Shown here piece by piece: positions 22,397 through 32,013 of a stretch of DNA of 64,000 nt. Numbering within the stretch: position 1 is the first letter of the stretch; every line of letters starts with the position of its first letter. Source of the stretch: an uncultured Armatimonadetes bacterium (GTDB lineage: Bacteria > Armatimonadota > UBA5829 > DTJY01). The translations under genes and the position numbers were made by a program. The notes under the pieces are model-generated. The model was not told the DNA's origin, did not search any database, and saw nothing but the letters and a program-made list of their open reading frames with translations. The DNA lies in NCBI GenBank assembly GCA_963717145.1, contig OY970325.1, positions 3,296,001 through 3,360,000 of the forward strand, written 5' to 3'.

Positions 22397-23554
22397 CTAC
22401 CCCTTCTTGTACCCGTGCTCCAGGAAATTGCCGATCAGCCGGGTGAGCTGACCCGCCTCCAACAGGAACGCATCGTGCCCGTAGTCCGTCTCGATCTCCG
22501 TGTAGATCGCGTCGACGTTGTTGAACCTCAGGGCGCTGATGATCTCCTTCGACTGATAAGACGGGAAGAGCCAGTCGGACGAGAATGAAATCACCAGGAA
22601 CTTCGATTTCGAGCCCGCGAACGCCTGCTTCAGCGTTCCGAACTGCTGCCCGAGGTCGAAGTAGTCCATCGCCTTGGAGATATACAGGTATGAGTTGGCG
22701 TCGAACCGCTTCACGAAGCTGTCGCCCTTGTAGCGCAGGTAGCTCTCGACCTGGAACTCGGTGACGAAATCGTATCCATACTCGGCCTTGTCCTGCAGGC
22801 GTCGCGCGAACTTTTGGTGCATCGACTTGTCGGACAGATAGGTGATGTGCCCGATCATCCGCGCGATCGAGAGTCCCCTGTGCGGGATCGTCTTGCCATA
22901 GTAGTCGCCGCCCATCCAGTCGGGATCGGACATGATCGCCTGCCTGCCGACCTCATCGAACGCGATCGCCTGTGCGGAAAGGCGCGCGGTCGTGGCAATC
23001 GGGACCGCGAGGCGGACCATTTCGGGGTAGCTGCAGACCCATTGCAGGACCTGCATCCCGCCCATCGAGCCGCCGATAACGCAGAGGAGCTTGTCGATGC
23101 CGAGGTGATCGAGCAGCGCCTTCTGGGCGTTCACCATATCCTGGATCGTGACGACCGGGAACGACAGCCCATACGGCCGCTCGGTCTGCGGGTTGATCGA
23201 ACTCGGCCCGGTGGAACCCTTGCACCCACCGATGATATTCGCGCATACGACAAAGTACTTGCTGGTATCGATCCCCTTGCCGGGGCCGACCATGATGTCC
23301 CACCAGCCGCTCGGCTTCTCCTCGTCCGCGCTGCTGTAACCCGCTGCATGGGCGTCGCCGGAGAGCGCGTGGAGCACGAGGATGGTGTTGTCGCGGGCCT
23401 TATTCAACTCGCCGTAGGTCTCATAGGCGAGGGTAATCGGCCCGAGCTTCCGCCCGCATTCGAGTTCCATCTCGTTCGGCGGCTCGGCGAATGTGAAGGT
23501 CTTGGTCTCTACGATTCCGACGGATCCGTCCTCGATCATGGCGCTATTATCCAT
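22397..23554 (-). CDS. metX: Homoserine O-acetyltransferase
   Basis: [49 protein letters not shown]; start uncertain (23575/23554/23539). Confidence 0.95.
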   Translation of the reverse strand: MDNSAMIEDGSVGIVETKTFTFAEPPNEMELECGRKLGPITLAYETYGELNKARDNTILVLHALSGDAHAAGYSSADEEKPSGWWDIMVGPGKGIDTSKYFVVCANIIGGCKGSTGPSSINPQTERPYGLSFPVVTIQDMVNAQKALLDHLGIDKLLCVIGGSMGGMQVLQWVCSYPEMVRLAVPIATTARLSAQAIAFDEVGRQAIMSDPDWMGGDYYGKTIPHRGLSIARMIGHITYLSDKSMHQKFARRLQDKAEYGYDFVTEFQVESYLRYKGDSFVKRFDANSYLYISKAMDYFDLGQQFGTLKQAFAGSKSKFLVISFSSDWLFPSYQSKEIISALRFNNVDAIYTEIETDYGHDAFLLEAGQLTRLIGNFLEHGYKKG

Positions 23555-23623
23555 GATTGGGGGCACGGTCGTCAATCATTGGAGTGCGGCGTGTGGGAGG
23601 CGACTCCAGTCGGCGATGGCTCT

Positions 23624-23742
23624 GGTCAGCCTCTCGTTATGCCACCAGAGTGGCTACTCGAGGAGATCGGTTGTTCTGTTCCCGATCCCCAAAACCGTCT
23701 AGTCTCGAGTGCGCTCTCTGGAGCGTGTACCGAGTGACGGCC
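23624..23742. repeat. Structured element copy 2 (direct repeat of 21452-21577)
   Basis: GGTCAGCCTC.CGTTATGCCACCAGAGTGGCTACTCGAGGAGA.CGGTT ... AACCGTCTAGTCTCGAGT shared. Confidence 0.85.
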
Positions 23743-23757
23743 TGGCCGCGCAACCTG

Positions 23758-25710
23758 TCAGAAGTTGAACTTCCATCCGTGGACCATGAGGAAGATCCAC
23801 ACGTCGAGGACCGGATGCAGTATCGGCTCGTTCTCCCGGACGTACTGCTTCACCCGCTCCCAGTCCGCGACGGCGGTTTCCTTGTCGTCCCGCGCGCGAG
23901 CTTCGAGCGCTCGGGAGAGCATCGCGCAGATCTCGGCGTGATACCGCAGATACTCCCACGACCTCGACCAGCAGGGATTCGCCCTCGACCCATTCAGCTC
24001 GATCACCGGCATGAACTCCCGGATGACGCCGGGGATGTTACCCAGTCTCTCCGCTGCCTCGGGATCGACTGCGGGCTTCTCGCCGCGCATGTACACGGGG
24101 TCGAAGAGATCGGTGAGCCGTGTCAGATACGCCCTGCACGCCGCTCCGTCGGGGCCGAACGCGCTCTCGAAGTAGTCCTGAGCGATCTCATCGAACCCGA
24201 GGTCGCGCTTCCAGAGCGTCCGAGCCATGACGGTCATCGGCAGCCCGGTCGGGAGCCAGGCGCGCTGGACCTGGCAACTGCTCAGGCCGTTCAGCCCGAG
24301 GTCCCTCAGGCCCTTCATGTCGAGGCCGAGGATCCGGGCCGTCTGCATGTAGCCGGGGTCGTGGACGTGGTCCCACATGAGGTGGTAGTCGAAATCGAAG
24401 CTGTCGCCCTGGAAGAGTCTCTGCCACTCGCGGAGGAAAGCCACGTTCGCATCGACACTCTTCGGGAACTCGAGCTTGTTCCGCTTGAACTCGGGCAACT
24501 CCAGCGGCTGTAGGGGCGTGCCTTGTGCCGCCCGGCACGTCGGATCGGGCGGCACAAGGCACGCCCCTACAGCCTCGTCCACAAATGCCGAGCTGTAGGT
24601 CCGGGTGATCGGCGCAAACATCAGAATGAATCGGTCGGGATTGGCGAATCGCTCGTGCTCCGGCGGCCAAAGCAGGTCGACGTAGATCAGGAAGACGATC
24701 CGCGTGTTCAGCCCTCTGCCGGTCAGCATTTCGTCGAGTTCGTTCAGCATTCGGACGTAGAAGTCCGACGGGCGGGTATCCCGACACAACTCGCACTCGC
24801 AGTGATTGTTCACGCCGTCCGCGAGCCAGAAGTGCATGATGTCGATCTGCGGATGACCCTGGGCATAGTCGGCGATCTCCTCGACGACGATCCGGCGCGC
24901 CTCGGGGTTGCCGTAGCAGAGGTTGGTGTTCAGGGCGAATCCGCCGAAGAGTTCACGCTTGCCGTTGATCTCCGCGAGGTACTTTCGCGCCGACTCGGGA
25001 ATCTCGCCCTCGTACTTCACCCATCCCGTGCCGCTGATCCCGAACGGCTCGCAGGTCCATCCATGGCCGACCGCGTGATAGAGCAGGCCGCGTTTCTTGA
25101 TCTCATCGACCGCCCGCGCCGTATACTCACGCGCCTGCTCGATCGAGATCGGCTCGCTCGCCATCAGAGGATTGTTCTCGTGCGAGTACCAGCGGTCGAA
25201 GAACGTGTGTCCCTCGCGGAACTGGATGAAGTAGCCGTTCATCCCGACCCTGGGCAGCCATTCGATGTTGTCGCGGACGTGCTCGAAGCTGACCGCGCCC
25301 TCGATGCAGAGGCACCTGTGGCGGTAGGACGGCGTCTCGGATAGCTTGATCGGCGGAAGATCGGAGCGGGGGGGAATATGTTCACCGGAAGCGCCGGGAC
25401 GGACCCACCGGCATCCGAGTTCGGTCAGGTATCGGTAGACGGCCAGGAGGACGCTTCTGGGGTTGTTCCCGGCGATGAATCCTCGACCATCCGCCACGTC
25501 GATGCTGATGGCGTCATCCACGAGGGGATCAGCCACCGTCGGCATCTCGATCGCGAGGTCGGACGCCAGCCCGACGTTGATCCCCTCCGCCGACTTCCCG
25601 ATCGTGATCGAGGCATCAGCCCCGGTCATCCGCCCGAGGTACTTCGCCAGTTCCCCCGCGGCATACCGAACCGTCTGATGCTCCCCGATGCAGTTGACCT
25701 GAATGCTCAT
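23758..25710 (-). CDS. DUF4838-like putative glycoside hydrolase with in-frame palindrome insertion
   Basis: AAGELAKYL, IAGNNPRSVLLAVY..L..LGCRW..PG (GH67/GH20 N-terminal-like), CECELC. Confidence 0.7.
   Translation of the reverse strand: MSIQVNCIGEHQTVRYAAGELAKYLGRMTGADASITIGKSAEGINVGLASDLAIEMPTVADPLVDDAISIDVADGRGFIAGNNPRSVLLAVYRYLTELGCRWVRPGASGEHIPPRSDLPPIKLSETPSYRHRCLCIEGAVSFEHVRDNIEWLPRVGMNGYFIQFREGHTFFDRWYSHENNPLMASEPISIEQAREYTARAVDEIKKRGLLYHAVGHGWTCEPFGISGTGWVKYEGEIPESARKYLAEINGKRELFGGFALNTNLCYGNPEARRIVVEEIADYAQGHPQIDIMHFWLADGVNNHCECELCRDTRPSDFYVRMLNELDEMLTGRGLNTRIVFLIYVDLLWPPEHERFANPDRFILMFAPITRTYSSAFVDEAVGACLVPPDPTCRAAQGTPLQPLELPEFKRNKLEFPKSVDANVAFLREWQRLFQGDSFDFDYHLMWDHVHDPGYMQTARILGLDMKGLRDLGLNGLSSCQVQRAWLPTGLPMTVMARTLWKRDLGFDEIAQDYFESAFGPDGAACRAYLTRLTDLFDPVYMRGEKPAVDPEAAERLGNIPGVIREFMPVIELNGSRANPCWSRSWEYLRYHAEICAMLSRALEARARDDKETAVADWERVKQYVRENEPILHPVLDVWIFLMVHGWKFNF
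24509..24571. repeat. 63-bp REPIN (GTAGGGGCGTGCCTTGTGCCGCC arms) inside a CDS
   Basis: Perfect 24-bp arms; encodes VGACLVPPDPTCRAAQGTPLQ. Confidence 0.92.
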
Positions 25711-25839
25711 GCCGTCCCCATTCGTGTTCGGCCACCGAAGGCAGATAACCTAGCGCCTGTTAACCCCTCTTTACCGAAAACAACGCAACCCGGGTTTCCC
25801 CGTTATTCGTCCATTCGTGCGATTCGTGTTTCCCCCAGC

Positions 25840-26773
25840 CTACCCGCACGCCGCCTTGATATGCTCTATCCCAAAGCAGTGCTTCGCGAACAGGTAACCC
25901 TCGGTCGCCACCTCGCCGAACAGATCGGGGACGCCAAGCCGCTTGACCGGCGTCGGAAGCTGCTCCGAAAGGACCTCGCAGACCGCGCTCCCCGAGCCCG
26001 CCGATGATATTCTGGTTCTCGACACTCACGACCTTGCCGGTCTTCTTCGCCGACTCCACGAGGGTCGCCGCGTCGAACGGCTTCACTGAGGGGTAATGGA
26101 GCAGGTCGACGGAGACTCCGCCCGCCGCCAGATCGGCCGCCGCCTGGACCGCGAACTGCGTCATGTAGCCCGTGGTGACCAGCGTAACGTCCCCGCCGTC
26201 GCGGACCTTCACTGCCTTGTCCGGGTCGAAGCGATAGGTATCATCGAAGACGGCAGGCTGTTTCGCCCTGCTGAGCTGCATGTAGACCGGCCCCTCGTGA
26301 GCGGCCATCCACCTCAGGCAGGAGCGCAATTCGTACACGTCGCACGGCGATAGAACGATCATGTTCGGCATCGCGCGCATGATCGCCAAGTCCTGGAAGC
26401 ACATGTGCGTGCCCCCATTCGGACCGGCGGTGATTCCGGGAGCCGTGCCGACAACCTTGACATTGGTGTTCGCATAGGCCACCGAGATCGTGACCTGATC
26501 GTACGCGCGTCGGGTGGCAAATGGGGTGAAACTCGCGCAGAACGGGATCTTCCCCTCGACCGCGAGTCCGGATGCGATGCCGATCATGTCGGCCTCGGCG
26601 ACCCCGGCATTGACGAACCGGTCCGGGTGCTCCTTGACGAACGCCGGATTCGTCCCGGTCGCCTTGCTCAGGTCGGCCTCCATGACGACGATGTTCGGGT
26701 TCTCGTTCGCCAGCTCTATCAGTGTCCGCGCATAGACCGCGCGCATTTCGAGTTCATGTAAGTTTTCGCTCAT
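25840..26773 (-). CDS. Transketolase C-terminal subunit (frameshift near 25990)
   Basis: ADL, HPDRFVNAGVAEADM, RRAYDQ, GPNGGTH, GPVYM; tail in ORF 25840-26025. Confidence 0.9.
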
Positions 26774-26841
26774 GTCGTTATCCTTTCAGAACACAGATCG
26801 AACAGATGAAAAAACGGATGGAACAGATGGGAATTTATGAG

Positions 26842-27050
26842 GAAGCCAGGAACGCAAGGAAAGTACCCTCCTGGATTCCTATCTTCCTGGTTTCCTGATA
26901 GAAGTCTTTTTCTGTGTCATCCTCCGCCATCTGTGCAATCTTCTAGGAAGAAGCCAGGAACGCAAGGAAAGTACCCTCCTGGATTCCTATCTTCCTGGTT
27001 TCCTGATAGAAGCCTTTATCTGTGTCATCCTCCGCTATCTGTGCTATCTG
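26842..27050. repeat. About 108-bp tandem direct repeat of low-complexity palindromic intergenic elements
   Basis: gaagccaggaacgcaaggaaagtaccctcctggattcctatcttcctggtttcctgatagaag occurs twice; embedded in an acacagat/atctgtgt element. Confidence 0.85.
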
Positions 27051-27062
27051 TGTTCCAATCCC

Positions 27063-27911
27063 TCAGTACGGCAGCGTGTATTCCGTCAGGTCCAGGGCGC
27101 TCATGTACTTGTCGTAGGCTTCCTGGTCACTCACCTTGATGTTATGGCTCGCGGGTGTGTTCTCGACTGCGCAGCAGCCTTTCGCCTTGATCGTGTGGGC
27201 GAGGATCATCACCGGCTTGCCTGTGATCTTCTTCGCATGGTTGATCGTCTTGTAGATGTCGTCCCAATCGTGGCCGTCCATCTCGAGGACGTGCCAGTTG
27301 AACGCGCGCCACTTGTCGGCGAGCGGCTCGAGGGTGAGGATGTCGTCGGTGAAGCCGTCGATCTGAAGCTTATTGTAGTCGCAGATCGCGATCAGGTTGT
27401 CGAGTTTGTTGTGGCCGCCGAACATCGCGGCCTCCCAAATCTGTCCCTCGTTGCTCTCACCGTCGCCGATGATGCAGAAAACCTTGTGCGCGCGGCCGTC
27501 CATCCGCGCGGCGAGAGCCATCCCGCACGCGGCGGAGAGTCCCTGACCGAGCGAACCGGCGGTCATATCCACGCCGGGAGTCCGCAGGCGGTCCATGTGG
27601 CTCGGGAGCAAAGTCCCGTCATCGTTCAGCGTCTTCAGCATCTCCTTGGGGAAGTATCCCTTGTAGGCGAGCGACACATATGCCACCGGCCCGGCATGCC
27701 CCTTGGAGAGCACGAGACGGTCGCGGTCCTGCCACTTGGGGTTCGACGGATCGACGTTCATCACGCGCCAGTACAGCGAGATCATGACCTCGACGAGGCT
27801 GAGCGCGCCTCCGAGGTGCCCCGATCCGGCGCGGCATATCATGTCGGTGATGACGTACCGGAACTCGCCGGCAAGCCGGTCGAACTCCTGACGATCGAAG
27901 TTATCTTGCAT
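27063..27911 (-). CDS. Transketolase N-terminal (TPP-binding) subunit
   Basis: SGHLGGALS, RDRLVLSKGHA, GSLGQGLS, GDGESNEGQIWEA. Confidence 0.93.
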   Translation of the reverse strand: MQDNFDRQEFDRLAGEFRYVITDMICRAGSGHLGGALSLVEVMISLYWRVMNVDPSNPKWQDRDRLVLSKGHAGPVAYVSLAYKGYFPKEMLKTLNDDGTLLPSHMDRLRTPGVDMTAGSLGQGLSAACGMALAARMDGRAHKVFCIIGDGESNEGQIWEAAMFGGHNKLDNLIAICDYNKLQIDGFTDDILTLEPLADKWRAFNWHVLEMDGHDWDDIYKTINHAKKITGKPVMILAHTIKAKGCCAVENTPASHNIKVSDQEAYDKYMSALDLTEYTLPY

Positions 27912-28127
27912 GTGATTCTCCCTCATACTCATACTCGTACTCAAAACCGGGCGAAGCATTGGCGACTAGAGTCCGACAAATGTGCAATCCGACGGGCCAA
28001 TGCTTCGCCCCTACATGATCCCCATGGGCGCGTCCACCGTAGTGGCCGTGCCTCCGTGCCGGCCCTCGGCATGGCATGGCCGGCACGGAGGCACGGCCAC
28101 TACGGGTCGGCGGACGACGGAGGATTG

Positions 28128-29237
28128 CTACAGCATTTGCAGATAAAGCTGCTTCAACTCCTCGGCGCGAACCTGCCTGGGGTTATTATTCATCACGGGG
28201 TGGAAGCTTGCCTGCACGAGCGCATCGATTTCTCCCTCGGCGACACCCGCCTCGCGCAGGGTCGTCGCCAGGCCGGACTGCGACTTCAGTGAGGCAATCG
28301 CATCGGCCAGCGCATCCATATCCTTGAACCCTGCCGACTGTGCGAGTGCGACGCCTCGCTCGCCCATCTCCTCGCTGTTGAACCGGACGAAATGGTCGAG
28401 CGTCATGGCGCACGCGACCCCATGAGGCAGGTGATATTTGCTCGACAGCGGGTATGAGCACGCGTGGACCGCCGCGTTCTTCGGCAGTTGAAACGCCAGG
28501 CCACCGAGGAGCGCGGTCATCGACATGCCCTCGCGCGCCTCACGGTTGCCAGGATTGTCGAGCACGAGCGGGAAATGCCTGAAGAAGAGCCTCACCGCCT
28601 CCAATGCCATCAGGTCGCAGATCGGCTGATGGTTCTTCGACCAGTAGCCCTCGATCGCGTGTGCAAGCGCATCGAACCCCGTCGCGGCCGTCACTTTGGG
28701 CGGCATCGTGAACGTCAGCTCCGGGTCGATCAGCGCGACCCTGGGAAAGAAGTTGTCGTGGATCAGCGGCGTCTTGACGCCCTTCTCAGGGTCGTCGAGC
28801 ACGGCGATCGGCGTGACCTCGCTCCCGGTCCCGGCGGTCGTCGGGAGCGCGATCAGCGGGAGGTGGCGCTCGTCGAGCTTCTCTCCGCCGGAGTGATACC
28901 TGCTCGTCGGCCCACCTTGGACCGCCACCGAGGAGGCCGCCTTGGCACAGTCGAGGGCGCTTCCTCCTCCCAGCGCGATCACGACATCGGCGGAGTGAGC
29001 GTTGATCGTCTCCGCGAGCTTATCGACCGACGAAACGGTCGGATTCGGCTCGACCTCCGAGAAGAGCCGCGCATCCGGCCCGAGCATCTCGATGATCTCG
29101 GCGGTCGCGGGATATCCCTTGACCCCCGGATCGGTGACCAGGACCGCCCGCTTGCCGAATCGCTCGACGATCTCCGGGAGCGCCTTTCGCTCTCCGATTC
29201 CGAAACGTATCTCAGTCGGTTGCTTGTAGTTCCACAT
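28128..29237 (-). CDS. Iron-containing alcohol dehydrogenase
   Basis: EVEPNP, GGGSALDCAK, PTTAGTGSEVT, GFDALAHAIE, HLPHG. Confidence 0.93.
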   Translation of the reverse strand: MWNYKQPTEIRFGIGERKALPEIVERFGKRAVLVTDPGVKGYPATAEIIEMLGPDARLFSEVEPNPTVSSVDKLAETINAHSADVVIALGGGSALDCAKAASSVAVQGGPTSRYHSGGEKLDERHLPLIALPTTAGTGSEVTPIAVLDDPEKGVKTPLIHDNFFPRVALIDPELTFTMPPKVTAATGFDALAHAIEGYWSKNHQPICDLMALEAVRLFFRHFPLVLDNPGNREAREGMSMTALLGGLAFQLPKNAAVHACSYPLSSKYHLPHGVACAMTLDHFVRFNSEEMGERGVALAQSAGFKDMDALADAIASLKSQSGLATTLREAGVAEGEIDALVQASFHPVMNNNPRQVRAEELKQLYLQML

Positions 29238-29429
29238 GTTTGTCTCCAGAGAACACAGAAGCACAGAAGGGACACAGAAACACGGAAAAGGCTTTTCTCA
29301 GGAAACCAGGAAGATAGGAATCCTCCCCCGATGTTGGGGATGGAGTTGGACTCCATCCCCAACATCGCTCGTCTCCTTCCTGGCTTCCTATCTTCCTGGT
29401 TTCCTTCTAGAATTCCGTGTTCTCCATGT

Positions 29430-30281
29430 TCAGGCTTTGCCCTCCGAGCCGAGGGCACGGATGAGCGCCTTCATGTCGAGTTTCAGCCGGTCCTTGACCG
29501 CCTGCATGATCTTCCAGGGATGGCCCTTGTGATCGAGTGTGTCGGCGTATTCCTCGAAATAGGCGATGTAGTTCGCGCGGAAGCCCTCGCCGAAGTTGAT
29601 CTTCGCCATCCCCGCCGCCGCGAGTTTCGAGAGCAGGTCGTCGGGGATGCCGCACGTCCCATGCTGGACAAGCGGTACGGACACCTTCCCTTTCAACTCG
29701 CGGACGAGATCGAGGTCGATGTCATCCTGAACATCGAAGATGCCGTGGATCGTGCCGTTCGCCACCGCGAGCATATCGACGCCGGTCTGCTCGACGAAAT
29801 ACACCGCCTCAGCCGGTTCGGTGCAGCCGGCCTTCCCGCCGCCGGAATGGACTCCGCCTGCGACATGGCCGATCTCCGCCTCGACCGCGATACCCAGCGG
29901 CCTGACCGCCTCGATGACCTTCTTCGTCAGTGCGATGTTCTCCTCCAGGGGGAGATGCGAGCCGTCGATCATCACGCCGGTGTATCCGGCCCGGACGGAC
30001 GCCATCACCGAATCGAGGCTCATCCCATGATCGAGGTGCAGGGCGATAGGAACGGTGGCATTCTGAGCGAGGTGCCGCGCCTGGATCGCGCAGTACTCGA
30101 ACCCTCGATAGGCGACGTTCGGCTCGTAGGTCTGCAGGATGAGCGGCGACCGCATCTCCTCCGCGGCCTCGATCGCGGCCCGAGCGATGTCGTATGTCCC
30201 GCCGTTCGAGTTGAACGCCGGAACGGCATATCCGCCGTCCCGCGCCTTATCAACCAGTGTCTTCGTGCTGCGGAATCTCAT
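29430..30281 (-). CDS. Class II ketose-bisphosphate aldolase
   Basis: YAVPAFN, ALHLDHG, MIDGSHLP.EENI, VEAEIGH, GTIHG, LVQHG. Confidence 0.92.
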   Translation of the reverse strand: MRFRSTKTLVDKARDGGYAVPAFNSNGGTYDIARAAIEAAEEMRSPLILQTYEPNVAYRGFEYCAIQARHLAQNATVPIALHLDHGMSLDSVMASVRAGYTGVMIDGSHLPLEENIALTKKVIEAVRPLGIAVEAEIGHVAGGVHSGGGKAGCTEPAEAVYFVEQTGVDMLAVANGTIHGIFDVQDDIDLDLVRELKGKVSVPLVQHGTCGIPDDLLSKLAAAGMAKINFGEGFRANYIAYFEEYADTLDHKGHPWKIMQAVKDRLKLDMKALIRALGSEGKA

Positions 30282-30294
30282 GGAAAACCCCCCA

Positions 30295-30368
30295 AGTGTG
30301 TGGGAGTGTGGGGGTATGGGAGTATGGGAGTCCGGAGCACTCCCATACTCCCATACCCCCACACTCCC
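30295..30368. repeat. Inverted octamer microsatellite (GGGAGTGT/GGGAGTAT versus ATACTCCC)
   Basis: Same pattern at 56786-56862; partial at about 6028-6050 and 51945-51972. Confidence 0.8.
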
Positions 30369-31229
30369 TTACTCCGCTTCTTCCCCCGTGTCAAGCGTGA
30401 TATTCACGAGCGGGGGGTCGGCGGCCAGGTCGGTGAGGATGACCTGCACGTTCGGATGCTCCTGCACCAGCGACGCGGGGCAGTCTTTGCTCACCGGCCC
30501 GAAGATCGAGCGGCGCATCGTGCCCGAATGCCATGTGCGCATGAACGTGAGGCAGATCTTCTTCGAGGCGAGGATCTCCTTCATGCCGACCGTCACCGCG
30601 CGCCTCGGGATAATGTCCCAGTCGCCGTGAGTGCCGCCCATCGCCATCTGCGTGCAGCTCTCGCGCGAGACGTTGTGGATCCGCGCCTGGCAGTTGCGTA
30701 CCCAGTCGAGGTCTTTCTCTGTCTCCTCGGGCTCGGGCGGATCGTTGAACGCCAAGTGGCCGCTGATTCCCACTCCGCCGAAGCAGATATCGACGCCGCC
30801 GTTCGACATCACCCGTTCGGTGTACTCCGCGAGCATTTCGGGGTACGGCCAGACGATGCTGTCCATCGAGAAGCCAAGCGCCGGATCAAGCTGCGAAACC
30901 AGCGACTCCCGCATAAACGCCTTGAAGCTCAGGGGATGCTCTTCCGTAATCGGGATGCAGCCCTCATCGAGGTACTCGTCCATCATGAACGCGGTGAGCC
31001 TGCCGAGTGAGATGCGCTCTCTGTTGCATAGATCGGCGAGCGGCTCGTACATGAGCGGCCCGACCGGTAGAATGAGCGCCGAATCGCGACCCGCCTCGTT
31101 GTTCGCCTTGATCGTATCGGCGATCAGGCGCGCGGCTGCGTGGTTCAGCGCGGCATGGTCCTTCACGATCTTATAGGGGAAGGGACAGCGCTCCTCGAAC
31201 TGTGCCCTCGTGATGTTGTAGCAGTCCAT
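30369..31229 (-). CDS. Glucosamine-6-phosphate deaminase/isomerase (NagB)-like protein
   Basis: LILPVGP, FMMDEY, HPLSF, GGVGISGHLAFNDP, AVTVGMKEIL, PASLVQEHPN. Confidence 0.85.
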   Translation of the reverse strand: MDCYNITRAQFEERCPFPYKIVKDHAALNHAAARLIADTIKANNEAGRDSALILPVGPLMYEPLADLCNRERISLGRLTAFMMDEYLDEGCIPITEEHPLSFKAFMRESLVSQLDPALGFSMDSIVWPYPEMLAEYTERVMSNGGVDICFGGVGISGHLAFNDPPEPEETEKDLDWVRNCQARIHNVSRESCTQMAMGGTHGDWDIIPRRAVTVGMKEILASKKICLTFMRTWHSGTMRRSIFGPVSKDCPASLVQEHPNVQVILTDLAADPPLVNITLDTGEEAE

Positions 31230-31264
31230 ATAGTCCTCCGCCTCCTGGTTGTGTCGCCCATTAC

Positions 31265-31339
31265 TGTATAACATAAGACTGTTTTCTGTCAACCGATCGA
31301 AGGAGGCTCTTTGACTCCCAATCGCCGGTCGCGTACAAT
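31265..31339. promoter_or_regulatory. Divergent sigma70-like promoters
   Basis: Plus strand TTGACT-17-TACAAT (31311-31339); minus strand TTGACA-16-TATACA (31292-31265). Confidence 0.55.
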
Positions 31340-31367
31340 TGCGAAAGGAGTTGGGAGGCCGGTCGCG

Positions 31368-31886
31368 ATGACTTCTGAGACTACTACATATTGCGCCAGA
31401 CACCCGAAGAGGGAAACCGCCCTGACGTGCGCCTCGTGCGGCACGCCGATCTGCCCCGACTGCATGGTCGTGACGCCTGTTGGTATGAAGTGCCCGCCGT
31501 GCGGACGGAATGCTAACTCGCCGCTGACCAGGGTGGCGCCGCATCGGTTCGCCCTCGCATTCGTGGCTTCGATGCTGACGGGTGTCGGTGCGCTGATCCT
31601 CTCTGAGATCGGCCTCTTCGCGATCTTTCTGGCGACGATGTACGGCTACTTCGCAGGCGGGATCATCCTCAAGGCGTCGGGGATGAAGCGGGGACTCAAG
31701 CTGGAGATCGCCGCCGGAGTCGGAGTCGTGCTCGGGGCGGTGATTCCGAAGCTCGGTCTGTACCTGATGGCGCGACGTGCCGCGCCGACCGCCCACCTCG
31801 GGTTGATCGACCTGCTCGACCTCTACGCCTTGGTCGTGGTGGGAGTTACCACCGCCTGCGTGGTCTCGAAGATAAGGTACCTGTAG
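31368..31886 (+). CDS. B-box-type zinc finger membrane protein
   Basis: CARHPKRETALTCASCGTPICPDCM...CPPC followed by TM helices. Confidence 0.8.
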   Translation: MTSETTTYCARHPKRETALTCASCGTPICPDCMVVTPVGMKCPPCGRNANSPLTRVAPHRFALAFVASMLTGVGALILSEIGLFAIFLATMYGYFAGGIILKASGMKRGLKLEIAAGVGVVLGAVIPKLGLYLMARRAAPTAHLGLIDLLDLYALVVVGVTTACVVSKIRYL

Positions 31887-32013
31887 GAGTCCAGTGCCCG
31901 CAATCGTAATCGTAATCGGTCCGGGGCGAAGCATTGGCGATGCTCCCCGCAGGCCGGTTGCTACCCGATGGGCCAATGCTTCGCCCCTACATCCATCGTT
32001 CACCGTTTACTGA

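Noticed and set aside
23576-23757. SAM/SAH riboswitch upstream of metX
   Set aside because: I could not find SAM-I (AUC...GAU) or SAH cores on the coding strand; the region is occupied by repeats
28464-31010. Long 848-aa plus-strand ORF (likewise 58270-60534, 59045-61213, 36298-37794)
   Set aside because: Antisense or alternative-frame shadows of well-supported genes in GC-rich DNA; no motifs
30369-32003. N-terminal extensions in the ORF track (also fliA, nusG, birA, aldolase, DUF6785-like)
   Set aside because: The extensions run through repeats or opposite-strand genes; downstream starts match family boundaries
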